64,000 bases of DNA. Source: Lingula anatina (taxonomy: Eukaryota; Animalia; Brachiopoda). The notes under the pieces were generated by a model. The model saw nothing but the letters and a program-made list of their open reading frames with translations. It ran no database searches and had not been told where the DNA came from. Below are positions 35,601 through 45,834 of the stretch, in pieces. The translations under genes were made by a program, and so were the position numbers. The DNA lies in NCBI GenBank assembly GCA_051362555.1, contig CM120645.1, positions 15,624,001 through 15,688,000 of the forward strand, given 5' to 3'. Within the stretch, counting starts at the first letter, position 1. Every line of letters starts with the position of its first letter.

Positions 35601-38600
35601 GCTAAGCCTATAAATGTAGAAGGCCTTCTGTTAACAATCTACAAATTATCATCAAAGAATTAGGATGCTATTTTAAATAACAAGTTTTATTTCTTGTTTT
35701 CATATTTCAGCAAACATACGCTTTTCATAATATGCTTTCACATTCCGAGCCCGCGTATTATGAATTATGAGTATTTTGATGCAATTGACATATATAACGG
35801 TTCTTTCTCTACAGTATCTTATACTTATACGCAGCATTTGCTTAATAAACACACGAGGTGCTTATACCCATAGATTATATCTGTACTACGTGATAAAATT
35901 AGTAATGGGGGGTTTAACACTGTCTAGCATGAAACTCACCTTCGTCCATTGCAAATGCTATGTTAAGATTTCTGAAGTCTTCGTGCTTAACGAACAACTT
36001 CATACCCTCCTCACTACCCACTTGTTCATCTGTAATACGAAATATATCTAAAACGTCAGTATGGCCTTATAATATGTCTATTATCTCATTATTTCGGTAC
36101 TAATAAAATCTACAATAATTGAGTTTTTTCCACAGTGTCAATATGCACATAAACTCTATCTGCGTATCACTTCCGTGTACAGAAAGGTTGTATACGTAAA
36201 CAGTTATGTATGGACACCAGTGACTTTAAGGCGATCATTTCTGAATAAATTTTTTGTTTCGAAATTGTTTTGTCTTAAGGAGTTTCCCTTTACCTGGCAC
36301 AAAAGTAACATGCACTGTTCTTACTGGGACTACTCCGTTTTGTCTTAGCTTTCTTATGGCCTCCAGATACCTGAAATTTGAACATTCTTATTAGTTGAAC
36401 GTGCCCTAGGCCGCATTCAGAACAGTGGACTAACTAGTCCCAGGGTCAAATATGGCCGTCCCACTTGAATATTTGCCCACGGGGAATCTATTCAGTGTCT
36501 GTTAGCGGAATAGACGGCAAGCTTTTTAGTGGGTGGCCATATTTGACCCGCGGACTACTTAGTCCACTGTTCTGTAAGCGGCCCTACACATAAGTTGGTC
36601 TGAAACAGTGCTTGTGAAACGTCACTGGCACAAGTATGCTTATGTAAAGCAGTCCTGGTTTCTGTGCAAATGCAAAAATATGTTTATACACTTATATGAT
36701 AGCGGTGTTGCTATCTGTTTACATAACATGCAGTGCTAGTGATATTTAATCTATACTATGAAATTTTTAGCGCAACATTCTTACTGCTACACACACACAC
36801 ACACATATATAACCGTCTAGCAATGAGGGGAACTTCCTAAGAGTCGTCGTGATTTTTTCTTAATATTTCTTAACAGAAAAGTGATAAGAATCGTGCGTTT
36901 GACTTACTGTATTCCAACACATTTCATATCCTGAAATACAAAGATAACATCAGAATGCCACATGAAAAATTTAAACATTTCAATTGAACAATGCTTTGGC
37001 CTTGTGCATGTAATAAAACTAAAAATTCAGGCAGCCGACCCGCACACTAGGCTTTTCAAATTACAACAGCAAGTATACATGTGTATTTAATTAAGTAGTT
37101 TTACTACTCAGCACAATGGCCAAAGAAGTAAACAGAAAAATACACCAGGCATATTTTATTGTCATCTAAGTAGTCCTACGCAATGAAATGTATATTCCCT
37201 AGCTACTGGGCATCAGCACCCATGGCACTCATTTTATCAAAAACATCGCCCAGCCGCCGCTCCGTGACCCGTCACATGCAACTTAACACCGGTGCCCGGT
37301 TTTAAAAACTTCTTTATACATGTATATTTAAACTCACAAGGACGCTGCTTCACATGGTAAGATCGAACGCTTAACAAAAATTTAATAAGTAGCATGCATG
37401 TAATCCTTACCTGTGCTCCTCTACCATAGATATTGCCATCTGCGTCCTTTTCTCCACCAAAAGGATCGAAAGTCCAATATTCCTGCAAAAGAAACAAATA
37501 AGGTGTGTTTTTTCATTTCCCCTTGTATTTTTTTTTCGGAATTTACAAAAATATGTCGTCCACTCTCTTGAGTTAAGAGGGAATGCAAATAAAAAAAATC
37601 TGATAAACCGTATGGCTAGTCTACATGTATGTGAATTCCAATTCCTTAATTTTGACCGCTTTTATCTTAATTCAATAGTTAAGATATCCAGTTTGTTTCA
37701 GAGACGTTGGGGGGGGGGGGCAGTGCGTGTTGATACATTCTATCTGTATATCCATGATGAAAAAATATTCATAACAGTAAAAGTCTGAGGTTAGAGACGT
37801 ATTTTTCATTTATTCGACACCAACCATATTTAGACTGGATTTAACTAGAACCACATCGGAGCGGCAATGAAATGTAAGTAGATAAGTATCTTATAGTTAT
37901 TTCGCGTTCCACGTTTTCCAAGACATACACGTTCCATTTTAATTGTCCTAACCTTGGCGCGTTCTGAAGTTGAAATAGTCGGTACAAAATAATAGAAAGT
38001 ACATGCATGTTCTTTGGCAATAAAGGCAGGTGTGGTATAAAACCTTTATAACTTTACATTAAATGATCTTCTTCCTGTCTATCATACACCAGTAGTGGTT
38101 TCTTTAGACGTATATGGACAGATACAGATACAGAAATGATACCTACCGCAAAGGCTGGGGAGACGTCAGAGTGGGAATTCAGGAGGACGGTACCCAGTTT
38201 TGGATTGGCTCCCTCCCAAGTCATAGTAATAACAGGCTTCCCCTGGGCAACCTGTAAGACAAAGAGAAGGTAGATGCACAAAGACGCATGCATCTATTTA
38301 ATCAATATAATATTTGGGTTCATGAATATTACACACGGATTGCTCAACCGGAGTCTATGTAATTGCCTACCTAAGCCATACCAGAGGTAGCATCACGCAT
38401 TTGGCGCAACTTCAAGGGTGCCAATCGGGCCAATGAGAGGTTCTTTTTTTTACTTTCAAGCGTATGAAATGTTAATTTTTGGTTTATCAGAAGAAATTGA
38501 TCGATATTTTTGAGCTGCTGTTACAATTTTATTTGAAAATTGATGAACACTAAAAAGAAGCATGCTGAGTGTGTGGTTATACATATAATAACTATTCTAT

Positions 38601-39507
38601 ATTTTTAAAATATCGTCTCGAGCCCTAGATAAGTGGTCCTGCATTAGCGATAGGCCCTATAAAATTAAACTTAAAGCCGGTCTGACAGGAATGGTAGTCC
38701 TTTGAATGTATGTCCGGGGTCCGATGTGACTAATACAGGTTAGTAGTCGGAGTATTGGGGTTATTATGAGGGACGAATGTCATCGGACTGTCATTCCTGT
38801 AGCACCGGACGGCGACCTAATACTATCCGGGGTTAAGCCCCCGTTACACTGGATGGCGTCCTTTCTGCGTCCCGTAGCACGGCCCCGTTTGAGAGTATTA
38901 AAAACATAATTTTGCAACCAAAGTGATGCTTGGGCCTCCTTTCTACGACCACAGCGATGCCAGTTTCATGGTCGCACAAAGGACGCAGAAAGGACGCTGG
39001 CCTTTTTAAAGGGGTTTTAGTGACCTTGGTTAAGTATAGGCCCCCACCTGATTAAACCAATGACCTAGACAGGAATGTATAGTCAAGCACTACATGTGGG
39101 CTGAGACAGACGGCTGTGACGGAACGTGTTAATGGGCCACAGTATAGTTCAAGGGCAAAGAAAAGTTACATCTACCTCTGTTATTCGGCATGGCAGACCC
39201 AACTCTTCGGCATAAGCGACGAGGAACCTCACAGCTGATTCTGACAAAAATAAGCAATTTAAAGCATTGAGAAATGTTCAAGAGGGTGAATACCGTGCAT
39301 GTTGGCCTACGTTGAGGTGGCCTTAATCCCCCTTTTCTGTCTTTTGCATTGAAGCCTTAATAAGCATTCAATTATGTTTTTTTATGTAACTAATAAAAAC
39401 AATAACCGATTCTATGAGCATCGCCTACCATAATCAGGGTTTGGTTGGACAGTTTTTATCCTCAGGTATTCCCTAAACTTGGTAACCGCCAGCTCCTCCT
39501 TCGCCAT
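23599..39507 (-). CDS. ACY1: Aminoacylase-1-like M20A metallopeptidase, 403 aa, 16 coding exons, with substituted active-site residues
   Basis: Exons 39507-39429, 39240-39176, 38251-38147, 37482-37411, 36930-36908, 36370-36294, 36029-35940, 35607-35551, 32860-32787, 29232-29183, 29010-28947, 27864-27822, 27416-27310, 26910-26831, 26592-26532, 23763-23599 splice in frame (1212 nt). Motifs [79 protein letters not shown]. May be a paralog rather than the true ortholog. Confidence 0.93.
24090..26430 (-). mobile_element. Two head-to-tail copies of the HINE family in ACY1-like intron 15
   Basis: About 24216-25360 and 25372-26430 are direct repeats of each other. Both end in the microsatellite plus ATGTACAGACACATCTGT(GTCTGT)ACAT hairpin and carry the 161-bp unit. 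Confidence 0.75.
30252..30493 (+). mobile_element. Short degenerate HINE-like repeat
   Basis: TTATTACTTCCGCCCGGAAG start, T-rich/microsatellite tract, CCTGGGCAAGGGG..stem-loop..CTTGT end; layout resembles 57358-57588. Confidence 0.4.
30570..31887 (+). mobile_element. Internally deleted, decayed Tc1 transposon in ACY1-like intron 9
   Basis: 27-bp perfect TIRs CACTGATGCTCATAAGTTAAGCAACAC with TA TSD. Transposase remnants [59 protein letters not shown]. Confidence 0.9.
33224..35140 (+). CDS. Otopetrin (OTOP proton channel)-like multipass membrane protein, 638 aa, intronless CDS, nested antisense in ACY1-like intron 8
   Basis: Long ORF with many hydrophobic segments in two halves separated by a long polar loop. 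Otopetrin-like motifs [20 protein letters not shown] (canonical P..IEYS), [41 protein letters not shown] (canonical YG...W......PL.IFYRFHS). First ATG at 33224; candidate acceptor at 33160 suggests an upstream non-coding exon. Confidence 0.85.
   Translation: MAAFDMLHFSIVCLMNLIVLITALNLGWWFNKERFDVTQSQIPTIVIMAIGSMCILAVTCVSTWKDDTESQRRHGHDSLGRMLNHYLPLLGVVIFGLGSCLYSGLDVVEQYICLRAYQAFNTDGVFDSLVTQRYVLTAFHGAHCIFVLIQIAFLVLTFKVDNYARNNATCKVLIWFGIVFTIPGNIGVLFYTFISGSVQHGFVPPHVPDNKTLGNATRLCLQEQSPLEDTVHEILRPVCHPMIIQYCLIVTRLLLQELRKLTQRNVPPMDTSMESQSDSESFGQETNVVPDVDLNNVNQINGETQLKHLTDNIPLPSSQPGSGMSEQRQDLDENVLGGNTTGTPSMDIETHLSRRAGFIVRPVSQPEPGVSDMRNGVSDPLINDDPQTNQAVASGRGSKLYNLLFNRVIAIFLVLVQIVAYISVIVLKTTQVSETQKINYDIILISCLLAFSVYALCATCVGCYSAIFKRQIDADNCVCEFSFADVFLLVMSSTGSLIFNFSVLICDVTIFEQPTSHEVFVHTVISFIYRILMAGQISAQAYFINSGQRFGVYCGTDLSIMTTTLNYLIVANIGWWGINAFIGPWYFKKVEFLNSCFGSTIWPTMLRFLTPLLAFLRFQSFTMLLRYRYEGIVMAGEQ
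36407..36586. mobile_element. About 180-bp hairpin MITE (PIF/Harbinger-like termini) in ACY1-like intron 5
   Basis: Long imperfect inverted arms GGCCGCATTCAGAACAGTGGACTAA.TAGTCC..GGGTCAAATATGGCC / GGCCATATTTGACCC..GGACTA.TTAGTCCACTGTTCTGTAAGCGGCC. Confidence 0.75.
38835..39019. mobile_element. MITE (CCC.TTACACTGG..GGCGTCCTTTCTGCGTCC TIR), PIF/Harbinger-like
   Basis: Inverted ends; second copy at about 43591-43807. Confidence 0.7.
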
Positions 39508-39509
39508 CA

Positions 39510-39890
39510 CGCTTATACTGGTACCGTACGACTACAGGGGTAACAGATGGAATGAGTAGCACAGTTTGCTAACCTATACTTTTATCAGAGACGAGCTTTT
39601 CACCCAAACCCAATATACCTGTACGAGTACTCTCTACCAGGCCCGCGGAAAATACGTTTACTCTTCTCTATCGCGACCCTGGGATTTTTGGCCAGATGCA
39701 GTTAAATCCGCACGCGTGCAGACGGCATTGTACCCGCTCTGCAGAGCTGAACTTCGCCCCGATGGGATAAACGCTTGTTACGTAACCTAACTAGGCTCCG
39801 CTGTCTGCTGAAACAAGTCATGGTTAGCAACCGTTCCGCGTGGGGGCTAAATCTGCCATGTTGTTTAGTTTACATTGCAGACGTGAGTAA
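39510..39890. promoter_or_regulatory. Candidate CpG-rich bidirectional promoter between ACY1-like (minus) and a putative non-coding first exon of KLHL12 (plus)
   Basis: CpG-enriched stretch directly upstream of the ACY1-like ATG; plus-strand donor GCAGAC|GTGAGT at 39883. Link to KLHL12 is inferred. Confidence 0.35.
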
Positions 39891-40107
39891 AGTCCTCCGC
39901 AAATAAGGTGTTTTTCTATTACTCCAAGAGCCTCTATTATGTGGTTTGAATGTAAGGGAGATACTTCAATGGTGATGATTTTACATGTTCCGTAGCACGG
40001 CCCCGTTACATGAACGGTTGCTAGGGACTGATGCCCCCAAGTTCCGTTTCAGCTATTTATTGCGCACGCGCATGTAGGTGTCACGTGGGCTATCTGACTG
40101 TAAGAGT

Positions 40108-40376
40108 AGGACTGGGTTCCCATACCTAGATCGATCTAACAGGATCGAGCCATCTCCAAGGGGTTTCGCTAAATTGCTTTCAGCTCTTGAAAGCGGCTTA
40201 GATGTCTGGCACGCCTACTGAAGCTGCTAAACGATAATCACTTATCCCCTAGCAGCTTGAGTAGGCGTGACAGACATTAAAGCTGCTTAATTAAGTTGAT
40301 AGCAATTTGAAAGAGAACCCCCTCTAAGATAGATCGATCCACAGTTAGTACGATAGGGCCTGGGAATGGTCCCTAA
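40108..40376. mobile_element. MITE-like repeat, same family as 15683-15904
   Basis: Shared GTTCCCATACCTAGATCGATCTAACAGGATC start and GATCGATCCACAGTTAGTACGATAGGG..TGGGAA end. Confidence 0.65.
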
Positions 40377-41322
40377 GACGTTTTAAGGATATTGTCACAC
40401 TGCCTAAAACTCCTGATATATTTACTGCCTTACATATAAAATTCTTTAGAGTAAAAAATAAATCCTCAGTGTTCGATCATGCAGCAACTAAATTATTTAA
40501 AACTTACACGTATATTATCTTACAGGTGACGTCATAATTGCAATTTTGGGGTAAAAACTAAGAGTTCTCTTTTACCTGAGCACCCACGATCACCGTTTCA
40601 ACGTTGATTTAATGACAACATTTAGTAGGCCCTTCTCCAAAACCCTACCAGCGATCTTTCTTTAAAGTCTTAGTTCAGATTTAATCGCCGATAAAGCAAA
40701 ATAATGCCTTTGTTTAATGAAAATCTGTAATAAGGGGCTCATATAACTCTGTAACAAAAACATTTAAACCAAATTAACTGACGGCACGGAATCTAGTTCT
40801 AAACCGTACCAAATGCCACCGCTCGCCCCCTAAAATACCAACATTTTTCGGGGCCCTTCAGATATGTACCTAAAGAATACAGCTAGAGAATCAGATTATC
40901 GTTACTAATAATTATAACTTGGTGAATCTCACATAGGCCCTACTGGTAGGCTTATATCGTTAATGGCTTGTGCTTTTCTTTTTCGTATTCGACAAGCTGG
41001 TTAAAAAAAAAGATAAGTACGGCTAAAAATGCGCAGTTTGACCCAAAAGATGCAGACAGTGTGCAGATTAGATTATGTTATATCAAAGAGATACGGAATG
41101 ATTTACAGTTACAGGATTATCTATGTGGCTTGTCTTTGCCCGCGCCACCTACAGGTATGAAATAAAACTGAAGACATTTTGTTGTAAACACTTGAAAACC
41201 CAGCTGGAGCAGTGAAAGCGGTCAAAGCTGTGTCTTCTGTACTAGTATCTAAAAACAGGTTAAGATGAAGATGTGAAGTTTAAAAGAAAGAAGCCGGTAA
41301 GAACCTAATTTTTGTGCTTCTT

Positions 41323-41382
<60 letters not shown>

Positions 41383-42029
41383 GCATACTTGTCTATGTGT
41401 ACCAACCGAGGACATCAGCACAACACCATACAACCGAGGACATCTTATTCCTTGGTTAAATCAAAATAAAAACATTCAATTAAGGGTAAAATCTATTCGA
41501 GTATGAATGTTATAAATTAATTTTTTATAAAAACTAATTTTTTGCTGACAAGAATTTTACATTCTAACCGAGGACACACACGGACACACACACGGACAGA
41601 CACTACACATTACAACCGAGGACATGCATGCATCTACATGTAATAATGATTGTACTTTTAATGCAAAGCAAATTTTATATAGCGTTACTTTGCAGCAATT
41701 CACATTTTTATGAAATTCTTTCATATTTAAGGTAAATTCCAAAATAACACCAGAGGTGATGATTAAATGAACAGTTGTACAATATTTAATGCTGGGCTTT
41801 GCCACTTTTTTAGAATTGAAGATTATGAGATAAAACATCAATTAATTTAGGAAAAGAAAGGATACTGATGAAATAAAATAAAAGACCAAAGAAATTCGTT
41901 TTCAAACATTTTATTTTCATAATGCTTATTTTCTATTTAGCACTCTTTTATTATCATGAATTTTATATTTTGATAACACAAAGTGTCGTCCATTGGATAC
42001 AGACTTGCACAGTACACAATTTTACAATT

Positions 42030-43150
42030 GAGGACATCATGCCAGCAGCACCCAAAATTGTGCTTTCTTCCAATTTGATGCAATATTATATAATGCTTAA
42101 CAGCATAATGATCATCAATTTTTTTATAATAAAATATTGGTATCATGCATATTCAGAAAATGTGACTAGCAAAGGTTTTCAGGTTCATGGAACTCCAAAG
42201 TCATACTTTGAAAATGCTAAATGTATACAAGAGAGCACTGTACTGAAATGGGTTTCTTTCCATTTTTAACTTTTTTACATAAAATAATACAGTTTACTGC
42301 CATTTCACATGATCAACTAAGAAAATTGTTGAGATGGCAAAAATATCAATATAACAAGTTTAAATGTCCAATTTCCTCCATTCCGAACATTGTGAATGAT
42401 TGAATCTGACAAACTACAATGATACGAGTTCATTTCCATTTTGGCACTTTTTTTACACAATACAAGATAACAGGTTTACCACCATTTTTATATAATCAAC
42501 TAGCAATATTGTCAAGACGCAGAAATTGTCAAACAACCCATTTTACATATCTAGTAAATTCAATAATGAGACTGTTTACATGCCTGACAATCAAATCTGA
42601 GGAAAACCACTTATATACAAATAAAAGCTGAAGTCCCTCAAAACTCAACCAATCAATCTTATTTTTAAATTTGATTTGTACATTAATAACATTGATCACT
42701 CCTGTGAGTTTAATGACAACAGGCCTATCGGTTCTCCCTGAAATGTGCTTACAGTGTTACTTATATGCTGAAAATGGCAGAAAAAAAACAGCATAACTTT
42801 TGACAAAAAATGGCCCGGATATGCCGATTTTTGATCTTGACAACCCTTTTACTAATAATCATCAGTTCTGTGAGTTTCATGACAATAGACCTATTGCTTC
42901 TCCTTGAACTGTGTTTACAGTGTTGCATGTATGCTGAAAAAAGCAAAAACAACAGCAAATTTTCTGAAAAAAAAAGCAGCCCATTATGAAGATTTTCAAA
43001 CTTGACCTGCGTTTAACTAATAGTCATCAGTTCTGTGAGTTTCATGAAAATAGACCTATCGGTTCTCTTTAAAATGTTGCATCGCATATAATATTATGCT
43101 AAGAAAAGGGAAAAACAGCAACTTTGTAAAATTGGCCAGATCACACTGAT
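42030..43150 (-). mobile_element. Older, degenerate fragment of the HINE family
   Basis: Homologous to 25410-26200 and 58215-59000, including diverged 161-bp units; termini missing. Confidence 0.7.
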
Positions 43151-43590
43151 TACGTTGATTGCAATTTATATAGCATTCCTTCTGGGAGAGATCGATCCAT
43201 AGTTAGTACGATAGGATCTGGGAACGGTCCCTTAATCGTTTTTGCCGTGTGCACATCCGAACTGTAGGCCTATATATCAGGACGCGTAATTGTCGGGGCG
43301 TCTTTTTTTTCTTTTTTTTATTTCACAAAGCGGTTCTTGCAAATGCGGTGTTTATGAATATGTGTGCTCTGTGTTAGCGACATGGACCGACAGGGGCCCA
43401 TTCAAAATATAATTTCACTTCAGTTGTTAGATTTAGTATTTATTCTAGCAGCCAGGTGTATAACAAACAGGTCAGATCTACAGGTGAAAAGAAGTGACTG
43501 TAGTTCGCAGAGCCATTATGTAATAATAAATGTTTCATAATGTCATAGCCTTCTTCAAACTGTCAGGGGTAGATTAATTCATAGTTAGCT

Positions 43591-43807
43591 AAGGGGCCCT
43601 TTACACTGGACGGCGTCCTTTCTGCGTCCTGTAGTACGGATCCATTTGAGAGTACAAAATTATAATACTTAACTTTCTGACAACTAGCCAATCACCAAAT
43701 ATTCATTTTTTTCAACCAAAGCAATGCTTGTACCTCCTTTCTACGACCACAGTGATGCCAGTTTCTTGGTCGCACAAAGGACGCCGCCCCAGTGTAAAGG
43801 GGGTTTA
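43591..43807. mobile_element. MITE, same family as 38835-39019
   Basis: CCCTTTACACTGG.CGGCGTCCTT / AAGGACGCCGCCCCAGTGTAAAGGG inverted ends. Confidence 0.75.
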
Positions 43808-43835
43808 CGGACGATCCATTTACCCTTTTCATTTA

Positions 43836-44835
43836 CTCTGAAGTATCGAATAAAAGAACTGATGGAATAAAAGTACTGGGTGGAAAAAATCTCAAAATTT
43901 AACAAAAGTACTGATGGAATAAAAGTACTGGGTGGAAAAAAATCTCGAAATTTAATAAAAGTACTGGGTGGAAAAAACCTTTGCACCACTCCCCCCCCCC
44001 CCCCCCAAAAAAAAAAAAATGAAATAAATAAATAAAAGTAAAGAAGAAATAGAGAAAGAAAAAAGCTAGCTATTGATCATTGTAAAAAAAAAAAAAATTC
44101 ACCAGGTAAAATTCACTCAGTATTATAATTTATCTTAATATATATATATATATATTTGCCATGAGTTAAATTTCATAATCGTCAGGGGCCGAAGACCCAG
44201 ATATGTCGCACCTAAGCCGCCTCCGAGAGCCATACGGAGACGTTATTCATAGTAAATTTATTCTCAGATATAAGGTTCGTTTTGCATACCTGTAAACTCC
44301 TAAGGGTTTATCTTACATAGAAATGTGATTTAACATCGTTTAAATCATAAATCGGCATGAAATAATTGACGTTTGAAAACAGGCACAACTTCTTTGCTGT
44401 ACTTGAAATGACCTCCTTAGCTATAAATATGATCCTATCACCTTGCGACATTGCATCATTCGATCGATGTACATGAGTAGTTGTCACTGTTGAAGGGAAA
44501 GCACGTCTATTTATAGGAACTGAAATCAGGTGACGCATGTACTGTTGTGTTCAGAGAGCGACTTCCGCTTGACCTACTTTCCAGTGCTGTTGGTAGAACA
44601 GTCGGTAATGAGTTGAGATCTCAATTTTCTTCTCATTATACTTCAATTTAAGAAAATAAAAAGCGTGACTTGTACTTGTGTAATTTCCCACCGGTACAAT
44701 ATGTATTTAATAAACATACCGGGTGGAAGATTTTTGAAAAATTAATAAGCGTACTGGGTGAAAATGGAGCGTACCGGCGGGAAGAAATTTGGAAAATTAA
44801 TTAACGTACCGGTACGTTTATTTGATACTTCAGAG
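43836..44835. mobile_element. 1-kb non-autonomous Tc1/mariner/pogo-type element, TA-flanked
   Basis: TIRs CTCTGAAGTATCGAATAAA / TTTATTTGATACTTCAGAG with TA on both sides; subterminal AATAAAAGTACTGGGTGGAA repeats. Confidence 0.8.
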
Positions 44836-45834
44836 TAATTCTTGCACCTTCAAAAGATTGTCGGTCCTAAGATCTACCGAGTGAGCCACAAATTCAGACA
44901 GTTCTTCTTTATTTAAACCACTCCAAGTCAGTTGTACTAATAAAGAAGCGTGCCGTAATATGTACAGTGCGATGATAGTTATGTAGTTACGTAACGGCTT
45001 AGGAGAGCTTAATTTGATAAAAAAAGACCTTTAGTTAAAAAATATGAACTTACTGAATATATAGACATCTGAGATATAACATAAGTTTCAGTTTAGTCTG
45101 CCCTTTACAGCACAACCGAGGACGCGGAATTTGGTCCGCCCTTAACAGCACAACCGAGGACGTGTGTGTATAGCCCGATTTCAGACAAAAAGTTGGACAG
45201 TATTTCTGATACACTCGTGGCGGGAATTTGGCCCGCGCTATACAGCATAACCGAGGACTGGCTCAGAATAGCGTCAAATTTCACCACCTAACTTGAAATG
45301 GGCCCCTGTATGCATTCCACTGCTTATGTCAACCGAGGACGTCCTCGGTTGGAGGTGTGTCCTCGGTTAGTGGGTTTCGGGCGGGTGTGTGTCCTCGGTT
45401 AGAATGCGTGCACAAGAGCATTCGAACGCGCTCACACATCTAGTATATTACTAACAGCCTAGTCCTAGTGATAACGCCAGCTATAGTGCTATCTGTATCA
45501 TGCTCTAGATCTTTAACTGTACATACAAAGACAAGTAGACAGGTCATGGTTTTCCATCCAAAAGCTGGCTGTTAGACGCTATAGCCTTGTTTTTGTGTGA
45601 TAAATTAGCTGGTAGAAAAAAATGCTGCTGAAAGTTTCAGGTGAGCATCATTTCTGTGCAGTGTGATTTGGTTTATTTGTCTCCCAATGATATATTAATA
45701 ATGTATATCTTGCTGTTACTTGTATAATGAAATGCATTTATTTACATAATTTTCTGTTAACCTTCAGAGGCTGGGAATCTGCTGATATGTGAAACAGTAT
45801 AGCATACAGATGTTATAAACACAACAAAAAGAAG

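Larger units (their letters stand above)
41389..45416. mobile_element. Putative 4-kb DNA element bounded by CTTGT-N11-AACCGAGGAC inverted ends, containing nested insertions
   Basis: AACCGAGGAC is repeated about 4 times at the left end and 6-7 times at the right end (outer copies inverted). The left end abuts a (CT)n(CA)n tract. Confidence 0.55.
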
